A DNA stretch of 62,929 bases, the filler included, from Octopus bimaculoides (taxonomy: Eukaryota), in NCBI RefSeq assembly GCF_001194135.2. It is 4 parts of 4 records of this genome, joined end to end, with 100 filler letters (N's around TTAATTAATTAA, not from the genome) between each part and the next. Parts side by side here need not be neighbours in the genome. Positions count along the whole stretch, not along the records: positions 1 to 24,915 come from NC_068993.1; 3 more parts are not named here. The stretch is one strand, 5' to 3'. This document shows, piece after piece, positions 1 to 11,180 of this stretch. Position numbers and translations under genes: made by a program. The notes under the pieces were generated by a model that was not told the origin of the DNA, made no database searches, and saw only the letters and a program-made list of their open reading frames with translations. The first letter of the stretch is position 1, and every line of letters begins with the position of its first letter.

Positions 1-689
1 ATGTGTGATTGTATGTATATATGTGTGTAGGCTCATAAATGGTTTCTCTCTAACACATTCACTCACAACGCATTGATTTATTTAGGTTTGTAGTAGAAGA
101 CACATTTTCAAAATGCTGAACAGTTGAACCTGCAGCCACGCGGTTGCAAAGCCAGCTTCTTAACCACACAGCCATACCTTTACCTCTATTGTCACTTCAC
201 TAACAAAGATTTCCATATCTCAATGAAATTCCACCAAAACAAGTTTTATTGCTACTGCAGCTGTTTCTGTGAATGCTATTGTTGGTGGTCTTCGTCGCAA
301 TAGTAAAGCAATGTTAATTACACAACAATCAACAAATATCCTTGACCTTCTCTTCAGAATTCCTGAATGAACAAGTCAGTAGTATTTGCTTGGCAAGTTT
401 TTTGTTTTTGTTTTTTGTTAATTTGAAATCTCTTACATGTCACAGATATATTACCATAAGAAGATTCTCATAGTTGTCATCAGATTCTCAGATACTGAAA
501 AGAGGAAGTTATCTTCTGCCCACTCCTCCCAAGAGCTTGCAAACCAGTGGATATCACTAAGACACCCTAGCACCAGGCAGTGGTGGTGGTGGTAAGGTTG
601 TAAATGGGGTAGTTCATTTTGCAACCATGTGGGTTCAGGTTTGGTCCATGGGCAAGTGTCTTTGACTATAGCTCAGGTTGATCAAGGTA

Positions 690-925
690 TTTAAGGTATT
701 TATTTCTTTATTTCCCACAAGGGGCTAAACATAGAGGGGACAAACAAAGGGATTAAGCCAATTACATTGACCCCAGTACACAACTGGTACTTAATTTATC
801 GACACCCAAAAGGATGAAAGGCAAAGTCGACCTCGACGGAATTTGAACTCAGAATGTTACAGCAAATGAAATATTACTAAGCAGTTCGCCCGGTGTGCTA
901 ACGATTCTGCCAGCTCACCGCCCAT
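690..925 (-). mobile_element. tRNA-derived SINE, family B (tail type 1)
   Basis: Reverse complement of head GGCGGTGAGCTGGCAGAATCGTTAGCAC...GAGTTCAAATTCC and core GTCGACTTTGCCTTTCATCCTTT; homologous to 50108-50322. Confidence 0.85.
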
Positions 926-1304
926 TTAAGGTATTGCCCCAGCATGGCTGCTATCCAATAACTGAAACAAGGAACTGGTAAAAGATAAACTGAAGAAAAC
1001 ATTGAATACTGTAGTCCTAGATACATTGTGTCTGAAAAAATGCTGAGATGGACATGGGTGGAATGTCTGTAATTGTAAGGTGTGTTTGATTAAAGCGGAC
1101 ATAAAGCTATACAACAAAAACAACAAAACCACCTATGATAATTTTGTGCCTTTCTGTGTTTCTTTCCAGGTTGTCACTTCAAAGCTGTCATCTAATCTTA
1201 AAGTCCATAATACTAAACGACCAGGTCTAACCAATGTCTCTAAGTCTGACCCTTCACACAATCCAAGCCAAACTCACCCACTGCAGAACAACTCCATTGT
1301 TACC

Positions 1305-1467
1305 ATGGTAACACAGATTGGTCATTCTGTAGTTGAGGGAAATGATGCCAACCTCCGAGACTTCTATATTGGCCTCACTCTTGCCATTTCTTCGAGTCTC
1401 TTCATTGGAAGCAGCTTCATCTTCAAGAAACTTGGCCTGCTGCGTCTTGCCACCCATGCCAGAGCAG
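1305..1467 (+). CDS. NIPA2: NIPA2-like magnesium transporter, coding part of first visible exon (exon spans 1170-1467)
   Basis: Acceptor tctttccAG ends at 1169. ATG at 1305 is in ACCATGG context. Translation ...[30 protein letters not shown] matches the NIPA family TM1 motif. Donor G|GTGAGA after 1467 (phase 1). Confidence 0.88.
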
Positions 1468-1595
1468 GTGAGATACCTCAGTTTTCATTCGTTACAAATT
1501 CTTGTGTTAGAGGACATTATTATTGATTGGAGATTCAGGGACAGATTGGATGCGTTTGTTTGTTTGTGTTTCTTTGTGTTTTATTCTTATTGTGG

Positions 1596-1744
1596 AGATA
1601 GATGTGTGATAAGAATCTCACTTTCCAACCACACGGTTCCGGGTTCAGTCCCACTGTACGGCAACTTGGGCAAGTGTTTTTTACTCATGCTGACTAAAAC
1701 TTTGTGAGTAGATTTGGTAGATAGAAACTGAAAGAGATACATCT

Positions 1745-1787
<43 letters not shown>
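1596..1787 (+). mobile_element. SINE family A, 5' half running into (TA)n
   Basis: GGTTCAGTCCCACTG...CTTGGGCAAGTGT...GATTTGGTAGA..GAAACTGAAAG, as in the full copies at 28930 and 42764. Confidence 0.8.
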
Positions 1788-1793
<6 letters not shown>

Positions 1794-2181
1794 GTCATGG
1801 CACTCTGTCAGTTACGATGACATGGGTTCCAGTTGATCCAATCAACAGAACAGCCTGCTTGTGAAATTAACATACAAGTGGCTGAGCACTCCAAAGACGC
1901 ATGTACCCTTAACAGTTCTCGGGGTGGGGGTGGGGATTCAGCATGACACAGAGTGTGACAAGGTTGGCCCTTTTGAATTACGGGTACAACAGAAACATCC
2001 TGTGTGAGAGAGAGAGAGAGAAAGTTGTAGTGAAAGAGTACAGCAGGGTTCGCCCACTCCTTGCCGGAGCCTCGTGGAGCTTTAGGTGTTTTCACTCAAT
2101 AAACACTCACAACGCCTGGTTTAGGAATTGAAACTGCGATCCTACAACCACAAGTCCGCTGCCCTAACCACCGGGCCATTG

Positions 2182-2187
<6 letters not shown>
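1787..2187 (-). mobile_element. tRNA-derived SINE, family C, near full length
   Basis: Collinear reverse-complement match to the TSD-flanked copy at 32774-33156. Confidence 0.88.
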
Positions 2188-2231
<44 letters not shown>

Positions 2232-2405
2232 TTAGATGGGCAGGCAAGCAGGGAACCTCAGAAAAAGTGACAGACGGACAAAGCAAGCAAAAGACAGAAA
2301 GAAAACTAGAGAAAGACGTACACACACACTTACACGCACACACACAGCCAATATTTTGAACCATTTGTTGTAAAATAAGCTGTAAATATCTTTTATCATT
2401 TTCAG

Positions 2406-2462
2406 GTCAGGGTGGATATGGTTACCTACGAGAATGGCTGTGGTGGGCTGGCATGACACTGA
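2406..2462 (+). CDS. NIPA2: NIPA2-like exon 2 (57 nt)
   Basis: ttcAG| acceptor, |GTAAGT donor; encodes GQGGYGYLREWLWWAGMTL, the typical NIPA motif; phases fit both neighbours. Confidence 0.93.
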
Positions 2463-3223
2463 GTAAGTAATTTTGGGGTCTTCTTATTAACCTCAGTCTA
2501 TATGAGGGTAGCTTTTTTTAAGAACTGGTATTATTCTGTCAGCCTATTTTGCAGAACTGTTAACTGCATATGTGCACATACACACACATGCACACAAACA
2601 TGACAGGCTTCTGTACAATTTCCATTTCACGATACTCAGTATTATATAAGGGAGAGTGGTAGTAGCTGGGAAAAAGATAAAATGGTAGTGATGGAGGTAC
2701 CAGAGCAAAATCTCAAAATGCAAAAAGGTGAGCAAATTGTGTGTGTGTGTGGTTATAGGGTGGTACAATCCAAAAGGTCATCTCCACACGACATAAATAA
2801 TCCAAAGGTAATCAGATCTGAGGATTGGCTAAACAGATTTTGTGTGTGTTACAGGTTATGTAACTTACATTGTTTAGCTTTGAAACATATGCAGTTTTTA
2901 TTTACCTTTTCTTTTGTTTCTATTCTCAGATACATACGTGTTAGATTGAGGTTATTCTTTGAAGGAAAGTTTAAGAATATTAATGGAATATTTATTGATA
3001 GTAGGAGTGGGGTTCTCAACTCAGAGAGTAGAAAGAAAGAAATTGAAAATTTATCATTGAATTGGACTTCATATTTCAACTGATGACTTACTTGGCCAGA
3101 CCATACCGTATCATGTAGCTGGATAAACTTGATCCTAGTGAACAGGAATATTTACAGTGTGTGTGTGTGTACGCATATAATCCTGATCTTGACTTTAATG
3201 TTGTTGTTTTTTTTTCGTTTCAG

Positions 3224-3314
3224 TGTCCCTTGGTGAAATAGCAAACTTTGCAGCATATGCTTTTGCACCTGCAACACTTGTCACCCCTCTTGGGGCTCTG
3301 AGTGTACTTGTGAG
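3224..3314 (+). CDS. NIPA2: NIPA2-like exon 3 (91 nt)
   Basis: Polypyrimidine tract then cAG|; encodes [31 protein letters not shown] (NIPA signature); |GTAAGA donor. Confidence 0.95.
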
Positions 3315-3948
3315 GTAAGAACAAATATTACTTGCTTCAAAGAATTTTTTTTTCATGTCAGAGAGTAATTTGGGACCACATTCACTTTTTCACTTAGGGT
3401 TTAACCAGTTAGCATTCGGATTACTCTCTCAAATGTAATGCTTATGTATTCTCATTGTTTTAAATTAATCTTGCATTATCTCATAGCTTTGAGATTTCAA
3501 TGATGTGATTGTCTATGATTTGAATGACATTGTCAGGTAGGTGTGAGAGGCCAGATGTGGCCAGTTTGAACATAAAACACGTAGAACAATTGGGCTGGAT
3601 ATGGTCCGTTTAAATGCTAAGTCACAACAACCCAGTGTACTCATCAGCTGTTAGTAGGTTCCACACAATGGCATAAATCATGGTTGTAAGCAGTAGCAGA
3701 AATTATTAGCTAATATGTTAGGTTTCAGTGTTTAGTTCATGTTGTCTTGTGGGAAAAGTTACACACCATAGGCTGACACCAGCTGAAAATTCATGCCATA
3801 TCTGTTTGTTGCCGCAAAAGGTCAACAAAAATATTCTTTTCTACTCTAGGTACAAGGCCCAGAATTTGTGTGTGTGTGTGTTTGTACTTATATATATTTC
3901 AGATTTTATTTATTGTATGTTGATTGTCTATTTCTATTTATTTGACAG

Positions 3949-4109
3949 TGCATTGCTGGCTTCTAGGGTTTTGAAGGAACACCTGAATCTATTGGGGAAG
4001 ATTGGATGCACTTTGGCAATTCTTGGTTCCACTATAATGGTTATTCATTCACCCAAAGAACAGGAAGTGGCTAGCATGGAAGAACTAGAAGCAAAACTCA
4101 GACAACCAG
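3949..4109 (+). CDS. NIPA2: NIPA2-like exon 4 (161 nt)
   Basis: gacAG| acceptor; encodes [40 protein letters not shown]...QP; |GTAAGT donor. Confidence 0.95.
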
Positions 4110-4786
4110 GTAAGTTAGTTTCTGTCTTCCTTCAGAGGAAGAGAAGGAGGAGGAGGAGAACTCTTGCAGTTCCAGACAATGATGATTATGCTGGTATTCC
4201 GTCAAAAAAAAAAAAAAAATACAAATCATCATTATTACTTTGAACTGCAAGAGTCGTCCACATGGTTCTTGAAGCATGACCAGTATTATTATTATTGTTA
4301 ATTAGTGACATTTCTTCTGCTTTTCTATTCTGTGTTCAAATGCCATCAAGGTTGACTTTGCTTTTCATCCTTTCAAGGTCAATAAATAAAAATAAGTACG
4401 ACTCAGTAACTGAAGTCATTGAAATCTATTAGCTGCCATCAGTAGTATTCGTTCTCAATGCTTTCCTGCACATTCGAATGCGAATATGTTAATCGTTTAT
4501 TGTGTTTTGTCACCAAACAACTTTACGATGATTCATTAGCATAAGGGATTCTGAGACACCCAGTATTTCAACATTGCTGTATCTCATCAGTAACAGGCAC
4601 ACCAAGACTAATGAACCTAACAAGAATTTGAGGCTCTTGTTTATAATTTTTGCAAACAATTAATTAATAAATGTTAATTAGGGACTAATTGAGTCATGTA
4701 GTCAGGAACTACTTATTTATGTGTATTTACACCCCTAATTCTGTATGATCTCTCTATTTTTCTCTTTTCGTTTGGTTTATTTGCAG

Positions 4787-5400
4787 TGTTTCTCATCTAT
4801 GCAACCTTGGTGGCATTTACCACAACTATTCTCGTTATCTACTACGTGCCTCAGTATGGTAACAAAAACGTCTTTCTCTACATTGGAATCTGCTCACTGC
4901 TTGGTACTTTCACCGTGATGGGCTGCAAAGGGCTGGGCGTGGCAATGAAGCAGACCGTGTCTGGAGAGATGAACATCTTGCTGAACTGGTTGTCATGGTT
5001 ATTGGTGATAGTGGTCGCCACTTGTATAGTGTTGCAGCTGAACTACCTCAACCGATCATTAGATACATTCAACACAGCAGTGGTCACTCCCATTTACTAT
5101 GTCCTGTTCACGTCTTCAGTGATGGTCGCCTCACTGATCCTCTTCAAGGAATGGGTCAATATGGCTGTGTTGGACATTATCGGCAACATATGTGGCTTCA
5201 TGACGATCATTGCCGGAATCTTCCTACTCAACGCTTTCAAAGACATGAACATCAGCCTCAGTAATTTGCCAAGTTCAAAGAAGGTCGACTACAATCCGGC
5301 AATCAATCACCTCAACGACAGCAAGCTGATCTCCATCAAACACGATGACTGTCAGAACTTGCTTCTGTCGCACACCAGCGACATCAACTACAACTATTAA
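4787..5400 (+). CDS. NIPA2: NIPA2-like terminal coding exon
   Basis: ttgcAG| acceptor; motifs YIGICSLLGTFTVMGCKGLG, QLNYLNRSLDTFNTAVVTPIYYV, GIFLL; stop TAA at 5398-5400. Spliced CDS from 1305 is 1086 nt (361 aa + stop), in frame. Confidence 0.95.
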
Positions 5401-6127
5401 ACCACATTTCTATTTCCATGACGCTCTCTGTCATATCTAGTGTTCAGTTTATATTTGGCTCTCTGTTTAACCACTGACCACTGGGGAGTACCCTCAACTG
5501 GTCACCGACAGTACCATCTTCTGGTTGCTGGCTGTCAGCCTTTTGAATGGTAAATTTGAGCCATGGTAGTTTCCACTGACTGACCGCCCTCAGGGTCAGT
5601 GATAAGTGTTTATTGTCAAATGTCATGAAACACTTGTTTGACGTGCACTGCCTACTGAACACTGGTCAGTGACCAGTACCTGCTGGTGGTCACTTGACCA
5701 GCAATCACTTTGCAGATCATACTGGTCTGTGTCCAGCAGTTCCAGGCCACAGATATGTGGCTAGCATCACCAGGACAGTATCAGAGTCTAGTACAATCAA
5801 GGCTCTGGTCATTGTTCAGAACCACTAGGACACTGATCAGAAGCCAAAATTTGTCCTTGTTTAAAAAAAAGTCAAAAAAGAAAAAGAAAATCTAGCAGCT
5901 CATATCTTGTTGCTCCCTGGAAAGTTCTAGAGAAATGGAAAAAAAAAAAAAAATGAGGAAAAGAAGAAAAACCAATTTATTCAAATTTGTTATATTTAAT
6001 GAGATAAAATCTGGTCATTGGTCAATGTTGGAAGAGACACTGTCTCAAATGTTGACCATCTCAGTATTTTACCAAAGAATCCATATATGTATCATAGAAA
6101 TCTTACAACAGAAAGTAAAATAAAACT

Positions 6128-6161
<34 letters not shown>

Positions 6162-6515
6162 CCGACATTTATGTCTGTGTGTATGTGTATATATATATAT
6201 ATATATTCGACATTTACATGTATATATGTATATGTATATATTCGACATTTACATGTGTATATATGTATATTTATATATGTTAAATGATATATATTATGTG
6301 TATCTAATTAAAGGTGCACTAATACAGTGTGTACATTTATATTCAGTCTGATTTTGTAAACTCAAACACGGTAATACTTTTATTGTGAGTGAACACTGAT
6401 ATATTTAATACAAATGTACACAAATTTTAATACAATATGTATGTATGTGTGTGTGTGTGTGTGTGTGTATTATGTGTGTCAGTGGAGTGAATGTGCCTAT
6501 GTGTTTGTGCATATA

Positions 6516-6741
6516 CAGGGTGGCCCAAAAACAGGTTTACAGTTATTACGTAGGCACTTTAAATTTCTTTTAAAACACTTTATTACATTTAAATTTCTGT
6601 CTTACAAACTGAAAAGGGAGCTTAACAAAATTAACTAAATTAGCATAGAATAATGTTTTCATATTTTTTTTTTATAATTAAGATCTAAACTGTTAATATA
6701 CAAATGCAAAAGAGATAGTTGAATAACTGTAAACCTACTTT
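6516..6741. mobile_element. Tc1/mariner-type MITE, right end lost in assembly gap
   Basis: TA|CAGGGTGGCCCAAAAACAGGTTTACAGTTATT at the left; inverted AATAACTGTAAACCTACTTT directly before the N run. Confidence 0.6.
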
Positions 6742-7251
6742 NNNNNNNNNNNNNNNNNNNNNNNNNNNNNNNNNNNNNNNNNNNNNNNNNNNNNNNNNNN
6801 NNNNNNNNNNNNNNNNNNNNNNNNNNNNNNNNNNNNNNNNNNNNNNNNNNNNNNNNNNNNNNNNNNNNNNNNNNNNNNNNNNNNNNNNNNNNNNNNNNNN
6901 NNNNNNNNNNNNNNNNNNNNNNNNNNNNNNNNNNNNNNNNNNNNNNNNNNNNNNNNNNNNNNNNNNNNNNNNNNNNNNNNNNNNNNNNNNNNNNNNNNNN
7001 NNNNNNNNNNNNNNNNNNNNNNNNNNNNNNNNNNNNNNNNNNNNNNNNNNNNNNNNNNNNNNNNNNNNNNNNNNNNNNNNNNNNNNNNNNNNNNNNNNNN
7101 NNNNNNNNNNNNNNNNNNAATTTAATTTATTAAAATTAAATTAAGTTTCACAGTATATAATATATAAATATATAATTTATAGAAAAGAACCACAAATCCT
7201 GAACTCATTCATCGAAATCCAGTCACATGCAGAAAAATTTAATAAGTAACA

Positions 7252-7429
7252 TCGTTTGACAACCGATGCTGGTGTGTTTAAGTCCCTGTAACTTAGCAGT
7301 TCAGCAAAAGAGACCGATAGAATAAGTACTAAGCTTACAAAGAATAAGTCCTGGGGTCGATTTGCTCGACTAAAGGTGGTGCCCCAACATGGCCGCAATC
7401 AAATGACTGAAACAAGTAAAAGAATAAAA
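7252..7429 (+). mobile_element. SINE family A, 3' half with CR1-type tail
   Basis: TTGACAACCGATGCTGGTGTGTTTA...GGGGTCGATTTGCTCGACTAAAGG..GCCCCAACATGGCCGCAATCAAATGACTGAAACAAGTAAAAG. Confidence 0.85.
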
Positions 7430-8009
7430 GTACATATATATATATATATACACACACACACATATATACATACATAGATGTGTGTGTGTGTGTGTGTGCA
7501 TGCTTGAACGTGAGTTTGTGTAAGCATGTGCATTGTATATACAAATATATATGAAAGTATGTGTGTGTTATATATATAGTGCTCTAGCATGACCGCAGCC
7601 GCATGGCTGAAATGAATAAAAGAATACAAATATATATATACGCACACACCCACACACATATATATACATATATGTGTGTATGCATGTATATTGAGTGTTT
7701 GTAAAGACATTTCACGTTTCTGCCAAATTTCGAAACAATTTGGAATTTGTTTTGTATTTTTATTGTTGAGATTTTTACATTTTTACCCCAAGTTTTAATA
7801 GTTGTTGATAATAATATTAATAATACTCGTCAGGATTTATAATCATCATCATCATCATTATTATCATTATGTTATCATCCTATAAATAAACACTAAAAAT
7901 TACAGTCAATGAATTTGCCTTTTGTGTTTTTTTTTGTTTTTTTTAATTTATTAAAAGTGGTTGGGCAAGCGAAAGCGAAACCGGGCTTGCCAAGACTTAT
8001 TGGGGAAAG

Positions 8010-8358
8010 CGAAACTGTCAATGGCACCTGTGCCCAGCATCACCTTCCTGGCACGTGTAACGACATTCGAGCAAGATCGTTGCCAGTGTCGCCAAACTGT
8101 CTCCTGTGCAGGTGGCGCGTAAAATACACCATTTTGAGCGTGGCCGTCGCCAATACCGCCTGACTAGCCTTTGTGCCGGTGGCACGTAAAAGCACCTACT
8201 ACACTCTCGGAGTGGTTGGCATTAGGAAGGGCATCCAGCTGTAGAAACTCTGCCAAATCAAAGTGGAGCCTGATGTAGCCATCTGGTTCACCAGTCCTCA
8301 GTCAAATCGTCCAACCCATGCTAACATGGAAAGTGGACGTTAAACGACAATGATGATG
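8010..8358 (+). mobile_element. Family D retroposon (RTE-type tail ending in (GAT)n)
   Basis: TGGTTGGC(A/G)TTAGGAAGGGCATCCAGCTGTAGAAAC...CCATGCTA(A/G)CATGGAAAG..GACGTTAAACGA(TGA)n; homologous to 10578-10857 and to three minus-strand copies. Confidence 0.8.
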
Positions 8359-8419
8359 AAGGCGGCGATCTATATCCTTCTGCCCTAAACATGTGGACTT
8401 GTAACATGAGTTGAAGGAG

Positions 8420-8815
8420 TATGGTTTAATGGTTAGGGTATTTGGCTCAGGAGTTCAATACCCAGGAACTTGTTGTGCCCTTGAGCGAGACACTTTATTC
8501 CAGGTTGCACCAATCCAGTCAGTTGGCGAAAATGAATAGTACCTGTATTTCAAAGGGCCAACCTCATCACATCTGGTGTGTCATGCTGAATCTCCGTGAA
8601 AACTACAATAAAGGTATGTGTGTCTGTGGGGGTACAAACAGACACACACACATAGATACCTACATATATACAACAGACTTCTTTCAGCTTCTATCTACCA
8701 AATCCACTCATAAGGCTTTGGTCAGTCCAAATCCATAGTAGAAGACACTTGCCCAAAGTGCCACATAGTGGGACTGAACCCGGAACGATGTGATAAGGAA
8801 GCAAGCTTCTTATCG
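8420..8815. mobile_element. Adjacent SINE fragments: family C variant (+, ~8420-8620) and family A 5' half (-, ~8640-8815)
   Basis: CCTTGAGCGAGACACTTTATT...AAAATGAATAGTACCTGTATTTCAAAGGGCCA (as at 10885); reverse-complement family A motifs GACACTTGCCCAA, GGGACTGAACCC. Confidence 0.7.
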
Positions 8816-9339
8816 CAATTTAAGTAACATCTTTGTGTAGAGGAAGATTTACTCTACCGGCCCGTGCAATTTGAACAATCTATCTCATGTATAATATATA
8901 TGTGTGTGTGTGTTATATGATCTCTACACTCACATTTACCAAAAGGTATAAGGAAATTTGCATGAAAATTCAGATGAAAGACAATAGATATGGCACAATC
9001 ATCAAGTATTTTAATCAATATGTACTTTTGTCACCAGGTGTATTAGTCACCACATGCCTTAGTCATCATGGATATTAGTCATCTGGTGTTTTAATCATAA
9101 GCTATGTTAGCTCTGTATGAATATATTAGGAATAATGATTTCTTATTGAATGTATTATTTTGACTGTATACATGCATAAGACAGCTGATAATCAATAGGG
9201 AACAAACTAATCAAATATTGTAGATATACACCTTAGAGATTACATCATTAGTAAGGTAAAATGAGCATAATCACCTGTTTTGCTAATACATGCCAGTTTA
9301 ATGATGAAATGGGAAGTTGTTAATTTTTACAAATCCAAT

Positions 9340-9570
9340 ATTATTTTCTACTCTAGGCACAAGGCCCCCAAATTTTGGGGGAGTGGGTGGGGTGGGGGAA
9401 TCAATTAGATCGAACCCTAGTATGCAACTGGTACTTAATTTATCGACCCCCGAAAGGATGAAAGGCAAAGTCGACCTCGGTGGAATTTGAACTCAGAATG
9501 TAAAGACAGACGAAATATCGCTACGCATTTCGTCCGGCATGCTAACGTCTCTGCCAGCTCACCGCCTTTA
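9340..9570 (-). mobile_element. tRNA-derived SINE, family B (tail type 2)
   Basis: Reverse complement of head, core and tail AAATTT..GGCCTTGTGCCTAGAGTAGAAAA; homologous to 50323-50520. Confidence 0.85.
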
Positions 9571-9699
9571 CAAATCTAATATTGGAAGTTTAAAAAATCC
9601 AAACCTGGATAAAAGAGCATAATATGGATTGTGACAGCTGGCTATAATATGTAATTTAATACATGCAAATAATTTATTTATTCAGTTATTTTGACTGTC

Positions 9700-10210
9700 T
9701 CTGTTTGAACATCTGCCATATGTCTGTATAAATTGGGATTTTAGGGGAACTGCTAGGAATTTTGGTTGCAGCTGGACTGAGTCTGTTGTCTTCATGGGGA
9801 GTAGAACAAGCTAACAACTTACAAGATGTTTGGGGTAAATCTTTGAATTTTTTCAGGAACAGCTTGGTGTATTGGTGCACAGATAATGGCTTTGGAGAGC
9901 CTGAAGATTAAAGTTGAAGTTAAGAGAAAGTTAGCTGACACAGAAGAGTGGAAGCCATCTTAATATTGGAAAAAGAGTTCCCTGTATCCTGATGATTCAT
10001 GCCAGGTATCGAAATGCCAACATCATGACTGCTGCTCAATGCTCTGTGAACATAGTAAAAGCTGTAAGAAGTGACATGGATAGCTGCAACAGAGACTATG
10101 AAGCCGTGACGAGCAGAAAGGGACATGGCAAGTTTTCTGACTGTATCCATATGTCAGAATTCATCACATCTTTGAACAGGGCCCTAGAATCAATCAGGAG
10201 AGCTTTGCAA
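9700..10210 (+). pseudogene. Degraded LINE ORF2 relic, probably the AP-endonuclease region
   Basis: ATCCTGATGATTCATGCCAGG resembles a frameshifted GDFNAR motif. 10087-10190 aligns with the reverse complement of 53945-54038, with mostly synonymous or conservative changes in the frame of ORF 9992. The left boundary is a guess. Confidence 0.4.
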
Positions 10211-10211
10211 A

Positions 10212-10577
10212 TTCTCATTCCCATGGCCACTCCTGGGACTGGTTGGTAAAACTCACCTGTGAACGAGAAGCTGTTGAAGGAGAGAAGTTCGACCAGACGA
10301 AGAAATGTGGACGTTTTCAGGCTGAGGGTTAAGTTGAAGGTCTAGGTAGTGTTTGAGGGCAGGAAGCCCCTCGTGGTGTGGGATCACCATATATAGGCTC
10401 TTGATATCAAGAGTGAAGAGAACTTTAGACGGGTCAGGAGGGAAGGAGAAAGAGTTGAAAAGACAAACAGCATAGTTAGTGTTGTGGATGTGAGAGGGAA
10501 GGGAAGCCACTTGGGGGGGGGGGGGTCAAGGACATGGTCAAGGTATCTGGAGATGAGTTGATTGGGACAGTTACAGC
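10212..10577 (-). mobile_element. Penelope-like element reverse transcriptase fragment
   Basis: Frameshifted translation CNCPNQLISRYLDHVL / LPSHIHNT / LFTLDIKSLYMVIPHHEGL.AL / FSFTGEFYQPVPGVAMG matches PLE RT motifs (LPS.I.DT, T.DV.SLYT.IP..EG, GVAMG). Confidence 0.8.
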
Positions 10578-10857
10578 CAGTGCCGCTGGACTGTCTCCTG
10601 TGCAGGTGGCACATAAAATACACCATTTCGAGTGTGGCCGTTGCCAGTACCGCCTGACTGGCCTTCGTGCCGGTGGCACATAAAAGCACCCACTACACTC
10701 TCGGAGTGGTTGGCGTTAGGAAGGGCATCCAGCTGTAGAAACTCTGCCAGATCAGATTGGAGCCTGGTGTAGCCATCTGGTTTCACCAGTCCTCAGTCAA
10801 ATCGTCCAACCCATGCTAGCATGGAAAGCGGACGTTAAACGATGATGATGATGATAT
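10578..10857 (+). mobile_element. Family D retroposon, 5'-truncated, (GAT)n tail
   Basis: High similarity to 8075-8358; ends GCGGACGTTAAACGATGATGATGATGAT. Confidence 0.85.
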
Positions 10858-10884
10858 ATATGTAATAATATATGTGTATTTGGT

Positions 10885-11180
10885 AAAGGCATTTGGCTCA
10901 CAATCGTAAGGTCACGAGTTCCACTTCCAGTGACACATTGTATCCTTGAGCAAGACACTTTATTTCATGTTGCTCCAGTTCATTCAGCTGGCAAAAATGA
11001 GTAGTACCTGTATTTCAAAGAGCCAGCCATGTCACATTGTGTGTCATGGTAGATCTACCTGAGAACTATGTTAATGGTACACGTGTCTGTGGAGTACTCA
11101 GACACTTGCATGTTAATTTCATGAGCAGGCAGTTCTGTAGATTGGATCAACTGGAACTCTTGTCACCATAACCAGTAGAG
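10885..11180 (+). mobile_element. SINE family C variant (different head and middle, family C 3' end)
   Basis: 3' part GAGAACTATGTTAATGGTACACGTGTCTGTGGAG...GATCAACTGGAAC matches 33025-33130. Confidence 0.8.

Noticed and set aside
4555-4595. Minus-strand CTGATGA...GAAA...GTC in NIPA intron 4
   Set aside because: Stem I cannot form and stem II is weak; chance match.
9989-10030. CTGATGA...GAAA hammerhead-like motif
   Set aside because: Stems I and II do not pair next to the core; it lies in the LINE endonuclease relic.
10770-10800. Minus-strand CTGAGGA-CTGGT-GAAA in family D
   Set aside because: No stem II and no NUH site; not conserved in the 24066 copy.
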